Source: an uncultured Acidobacteriota bacterium
Lineage (GTDB): Bacteria; Acidobacteriota; Vicinamibacteria; Vicinamibacterales; 2-12-FULL-66-21
Length of the DNA: 64,000 nucleotides
Direction: 5' to 3'
NCBI GenBank assembly: GCA_963725145.1
Contig: CAVRXL010000012.1
Coordinates: forward strand, 1,155,616 to 1,219,615
Shown here: positions 59,461-64,000 of the stretch, one piece after another
Layout: each line of letters opens with the position of its first letter
Numbering within the stretch: the stretch's first letter is position 1
Notes under the pieces: model-generated
What the model was told of the DNA's origin: nothing
Database searches by the model: none
Seen by the model: only the letters and a program-made list of their open reading frames with translations
Translations under genes and position numbers: made by a program

Positions 59461-61962
59461 ATGCGCGGGATGCGACGGCTGCTCCCCATCGTGTGCTGCC
59501 TGACCGGCATCGCGCCGTCGGCCGCCCAGTCTGTCCCATCAACCGTCCCACCGTTGTCGTTGCGCGCCGCGGATCGCGCGCTCGCGCACGGCCAGCCGGC
59601 CGAGGCGGAAGCCATCGCCAAAGCGATGCCGGCCGACGACCCGGCGGTCTCCGTCATCCGCGCGCGGATCGCGCTCAGGTCGGGCAAGCTCGACGAGGCG
59701 GAACGGCTCCTGGCGCCCGTGGCGGAGGCGGACCCCGCCGGCGAGGCCGCGCTGGAGCTGGGACTGCTCGAGATCGCGCGGGGCCGCCGCCAGGCGGCGG
59801 TCGCGCGGCTGATGGCGGTGTTCGACGCCGGCGCGCGGGGTGATCCGGATGGCGTCGCCCGAGCGGCGCGCGCGACGCGCGCGCTCGGAGACTTCCGTCA
59901 GGCAAACGCCCTCTACCGTCGAGCCGCTGCGCTCGGCGACGATCCCGCCGTCGATACCGGCTGGGGGACGCTCTTCCTCGAAAAGTACAACCGCCAGGAT
60001 GCGGCGCGGTCCTTCCGTGAGGCGCTCGCGCTCGACGCCGATTGGGCCCCGGCGCGTGTCGGTCTGGCGCGCGCGCTCACAGAGACCAACCCCAAGGCGG
60101 CAGACGAGGAAATCGAGCGGGCGCTCAAGATCGACCCACGGCTGGTCGACGCACACCTCTTCGTCGCCGAGCGGGAGCTGGACGAGGGGCGACCTGAAGC
60201 GGCTCGGCAGGCGATCGACCGCGCGCTTGAAATCGATCAGTGGAATCTGCCGGCGCGCGCGCTCGTCGCGGCGATGGCACACCTCGACGGCCGGACCGCC
60301 GACTTCGACGCCGCGGTCGCGCGCGCGTTCGCCATCAACCCGAAGTATGGAGAGATCTTCCGGGTCGCCGGCGACCACGCCGCGCGGCACTATCGCTTCG
60401 ACGAGGCGGTCGCGCTCGCGCGCAAGGCGACGGCGCTCGATCCGGACAACAGCCGCGCGCACGCCGACCTCGGCATGCACCTCCTCCGTACGGGTGACGA
60501 AGAAGGCGCGCGCAACGCGCTCGAGCGCTCGTTCCGCGCCGACCCCTACGACGTCATCACCTACAATCTGCTCAGCCTGCTCGACACGCTCGAATCGTTC
60601 GTCACGGTCGAAGCCAACAACATCCGCCTCCGCCTTCACCCGGACGAGGCGCCGATCCTGCGGGAGTACGCGGTGCCGCTCGCCGAGCGCGCGCTGGCGA
60701 CGTTGTCGAAGACGTACGGGTTCTCGCCGCGCGGCCCCGTGCTCATCGAGATCTTTCCGCGGCACGACGACTTCGCCGTGCGGAACGCCGGGCTGCCGGG
60801 GATGATCGGCGCGCTCGGCGCGTGCTTCGGCCGCGTGGTGACGATGGACTCGCCGAAGGCGCGGCCCCCCGGCACCTTCAACTGGCAGGCGACGCTCTGG
60901 CACGAGCTGGCGCACGTCATCACCCTCCAGCTCTCGAACCAGCGCGTGCCGCGCTGGCTGACCGAGGGCATTTCGGTCTACGAGGAAGGCCGCGCCCGCC
61001 CCGAGTGGGGCCGCGACATGGAGATTCCCTTCGCGCGCGCGCTGGACAAGGGGGAGGTGCTCAAACTCCGGGATCTGAACGCCGGGTTCACCCGCCCCGA
61101 CACGATCGCGCTCGCGTATTTCGAGGCGTCCCTCCTCGTCGCGCACATTGCCGGCAAACACGGTGACGCCGGGCTGGTCCGCCTGCTCCGCGCCTATGGC
61201 GACGGACTCGACGACCCGGCGGCGCTGTCCAAAGCGTTGAACGAGACGATCGACAGCCTGCAGACGTCGTTCTCGCGCGTCATCGACGAGCGCTTTACTC
61301 CGATCGCGGTGGCGCTCCGCGAGCCCGCCGGCTTCGTGCCAGGCGGCGACGCGGAGGCGATGCGCGCCGCGGCGAGCGAACATCCTGGCAGCTATCCGGT
61401 TCAGCTCGCGTACGGCCGCGCGTTGATTGCCGGCCAGAAGCCGGCTGAGGCGATCGCGCCTCTCGAGCGCGCCGCGTCACTCGTGCCGATGGCTACCGGC
61501 GTCGAAGGCGCACGATTCCAGCTCGCCGAAGCGGCAGAGGCCACCGGCGATCGCGCGCGCGCGATCGCGGAGCTCGAGGCGCTCCTGGCGCACGACCATA
61601 CCGACGTCGAGGTGCCGCGGAAGCTGCTGACGCTGGCCGAAGCGGCACGCGACGAACGGCGTCTCGCGCTCGCGAGCGAGCGCGTGGCGATGCTCGATCC
61701 GTTCGACGCGGCGCCGCACCGGGTGCTCGGGCGTCTCGCGCTCGATCGGAAGGATGCCGACGGGGCGGTGCGCGAGTTCCGTGCCGCGCTGGCGGCCGGG
61801 CCGGTCGATCGCGCCGGCGCCCACTGCGATCTCGGCGAGAGCTATTTCCTCGCCGGCAAGCCCGGCGAGGCGAAACGCGAGGCGCTCTTGGCGCTCGAAA
61901 TCGCCCCGACGTTCGAGCGGGCACAGGACTTGCTGTTGAAAACTGTTGAGGTACGGCGATGA
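59461..61962 (+). CDS. Secreted TPR-repeat protein with a zincin (peptidase MA-like) domain; start uncertain
   Basis: Signal peptide; many TPR-like helices; WHELAHV...PRWLTEGISVYEE. Confidence 0.85.
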   Translation: MRGMRRLLPIVCCLTGIAPSAAQSVPSTVPPLSLRAADRALAHGQPAEAEAIAKAMPADDPAVSVIRARIALRSGKLDEAERLLAPVAEADPAGEAALELGLLEIARGRRQAAVARLMAVFDAGARGDPDGVARAARATRALGDFRQANALYRRAAALGDDPAVDTGWGTLFLEKYNRQDAARSFREALALDADWAPARVGLARALTETNPKAADEEIERALKIDPRLVDAHLFVAERELDEGRPEAARQAIDRALEIDQWNLPARALVAAMAHLDGRTADFDAAVARAFAINPKYGEIFRVAGDHAARHYRFDEAVALARKATALDPDNSRAHADLGMHLLRTGDEEGARNALERSFRADPYDVITYNLLSLLDTLESFVTVEANNIRLRLHPDEAPILREYAVPLAERALATLSKTYGFSPRGPVLIEIFPRHDDFAVRNAGLPGMIGALGACFGRVVTMDSPKARPPGTFNWQATLWHELAHVITLQLSNQRVPRWLTEGISVYEEGRARPEWGRDMEIPFARALDKGEVLKLRDLNAGFTRPDTIALAYFEASLLVAHIAGKHGDAGLVRLLRAYGDGLDDPAALSKALNETIDSLQTSFSRVIDERFTPIAVALREPAGFVPGGDAEAMRAAASEHPGSYPVQLAYGRALIAGQKPAEAIAPLERAASLVPMATGVEGARFQLAEAAEATGDRARAIAELEALLAHDHTDVEVPRKLLTLAEAARDERRLALASERVAMLDPFDAAPHRVLGRLALDRKDADGAVREFRAALAAGPVDRAGAHCDLGESYFLAGKPGEAKREALLALEIAPTFERAQDLLLKTVEVRR

Positions 61963-62768
61963 GCCACCATGGATTTCGCGGATCACGTGCCCACGGATTC
62001 CGCGGATTGCACGGATTGGTCTACGCCGCCGTGGCGCTGGTGGTTGGGGCCTCGGACGCTTCTGAGGCCCCGCAGTCCCAGGATCGGTTTGCCGGCCTGC
62101 AGTGGACCTTCGCGCGGATCAAATACGAAGCTCACACGCTGCCGCGGTTCCGCGGCGGCCCTTACGACGAGCCGTGGTCGATCGACTACGACGCCGCCGA
62201 GTTGAATCTGTCCCGGCGATTGCGCACGGTCACGGCCATTCAAGTCGGCGATCCCGTGGTCGTGACGATCGAAGATCCGCAGCTGTGGAGTTATCCGTGG
62301 CTGTACGTTGTCGAACCCGGCAACATGCGGCTGAGGGAGACTGAGGTCAAGATCCTCCGCGACTTCCTCCTGCGAGGAGGTACGCTGACCTTCGACGACT
62401 TTCACGGTCCGGTCGAGTGGGCCAACCTGGAGCGCGAGATGAAGCGGGTGTTTCCGAACCGGCCCATCATCGATTTGCCGCCGGACCATCCCGTCTACAA
62501 CTGTTTCTACAAGATCGATCGGTACCCGCAAACGCCCGGCCTCGGCTCGTTCCTGATGGGACGCACCTGGGAGAAGGGGGGCTTCGTCGCGCGGCTGCGC
62601 GCGATCGAGGACGACACGGGGCGGGCGATGGTGCTGATCAACTGGAATACCGACATGGGGGACGGCTGGGAGTGGTCGAACGTCGCCGAGTACCCGGGCT
62701 ACATCAAGTACACGGCCGACGCGTATCGGATGGAGATTAATGAGATCATCTACTCACTGACGCACTAG
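61959..62768 (+). CDS. DUF4159 domain protein
   Basis: FARIKY, W..DY..AELNL, YPWLYVVEPG, LLRGGTLTFDDF, HPVY, NTDMGDGWE, YSLTH. Confidence 0.85.
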   Translation: MSHHGFRGSRAHGFRGLHGLVYAAVALVVGASDASEAPQSQDRFAGLQWTFARIKYEAHTLPRFRGGPYDEPWSIDYDAAELNLSRRLRTVTAIQVGDPVVVTIEDPQLWSYPWLYVVEPGNMRLRETEVKILRDFLLRGGTLTFDDFHGPVEWANLEREMKRVFPNRPIIDLPPDHPVYNCFYKIDRYPQTPGLGSFLMGRTWEKGGFVARLRAIEDDTGRAMVLINWNTDMGDGWEWSNVAEYPGYIKYTADAYRMEINEIIYSLTH

Positions 62769-62813
62769 GTTCGAGGAGGTTCGAGGAGGTTCGAGAGGGT
62801 TCGAGGGAGGTTC
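62767..62813. repeat. AGGTTCGAGG decamer tandem repeat
   Basis: aggttcgagg aggttcgagg aggttcgaga gggttcgagg gaggttc, filling the DUF4159-moxR gap. Confidence 0.85.
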
Positions 62814-62814
62814 A

Positions 62815-63827
<1,013 letters not shown>

Positions 63828-63831
<4 letters not shown>

Positions 63832-64000
63832 CCGGCGGGGCCGGGCTCCGCTATCTCGACCCTGCCGTCATCGCGCGGCTCGGGACGATGGAGTTGCGGG
63901 CGCGGACAATCGTCGAGGGCTTCCTTTCGGGCCTGCATAGAAGCCCTTACAAAGGCTTCAGCGTCGAGTTCGCCGAATACCGCCAGTACCTTCCGGGCGA
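63828..64000 (+). CDS. DUF58 domain protein, 3'-partial
   Basis: GTGA overlap with the moxR stop. Manual translation: ...YLDPAVIARLGTMELRARTIVEGFLSGLHRSPYKGFSVEFAEYRQYLPG. Confidence 0.88.

Overview
High-GC bacterial chromosomal segment. Three stand-alone duplicated MacB/FtsX (ADOP-type) permeases, a PadR-ADOP pair and the gene content suggest Acidobacteriota, probably Vicinamibacterales (inference). It is mostly housekeeping and metabolic: OPT and POT peptide transporters, rex-moaC-dehydrogenase-fadD, lepB with a LytS/LytTR pair, an orphan nuoI, yitJ, lon, and M24/M28 peptidases. It also holds a large L-rhamnose/arabinoside utilisation locus (GH78, ABC importer, GH106, aldolase-SDR, RhaI, GH51, rhaB, rhaM), a KS-alpha-like ketosynthase/flavoprotein/ICMT cluster, and the start of a TPR-peptidase/DUF4159/MoxR/DUF58 operon. 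I saw no rRNA, tRNA, CRISPR array, transposase or phage gene. The most unusual signals are not ordinary genes: (i) a ~100-bp structured element in two copies with compensatory base changes, one of which sits in-frame inside a metallophosphoesterase; (ii) many gene junctions occupied by REP-like hairpins and 7-10-bp tandem repeats, often containing stop or start codons; (iii) at least 11 genes with a TANNNT box 6-9 nt before the start codon, suggesting leaderless transcription; (iv) a truncated ECF sigma-factor remnant upstream of an ADOP gene. Three genes carry single-base insertions that look like sequencing errors. All family assignments come from motif recognition by eye; no database searches were run.
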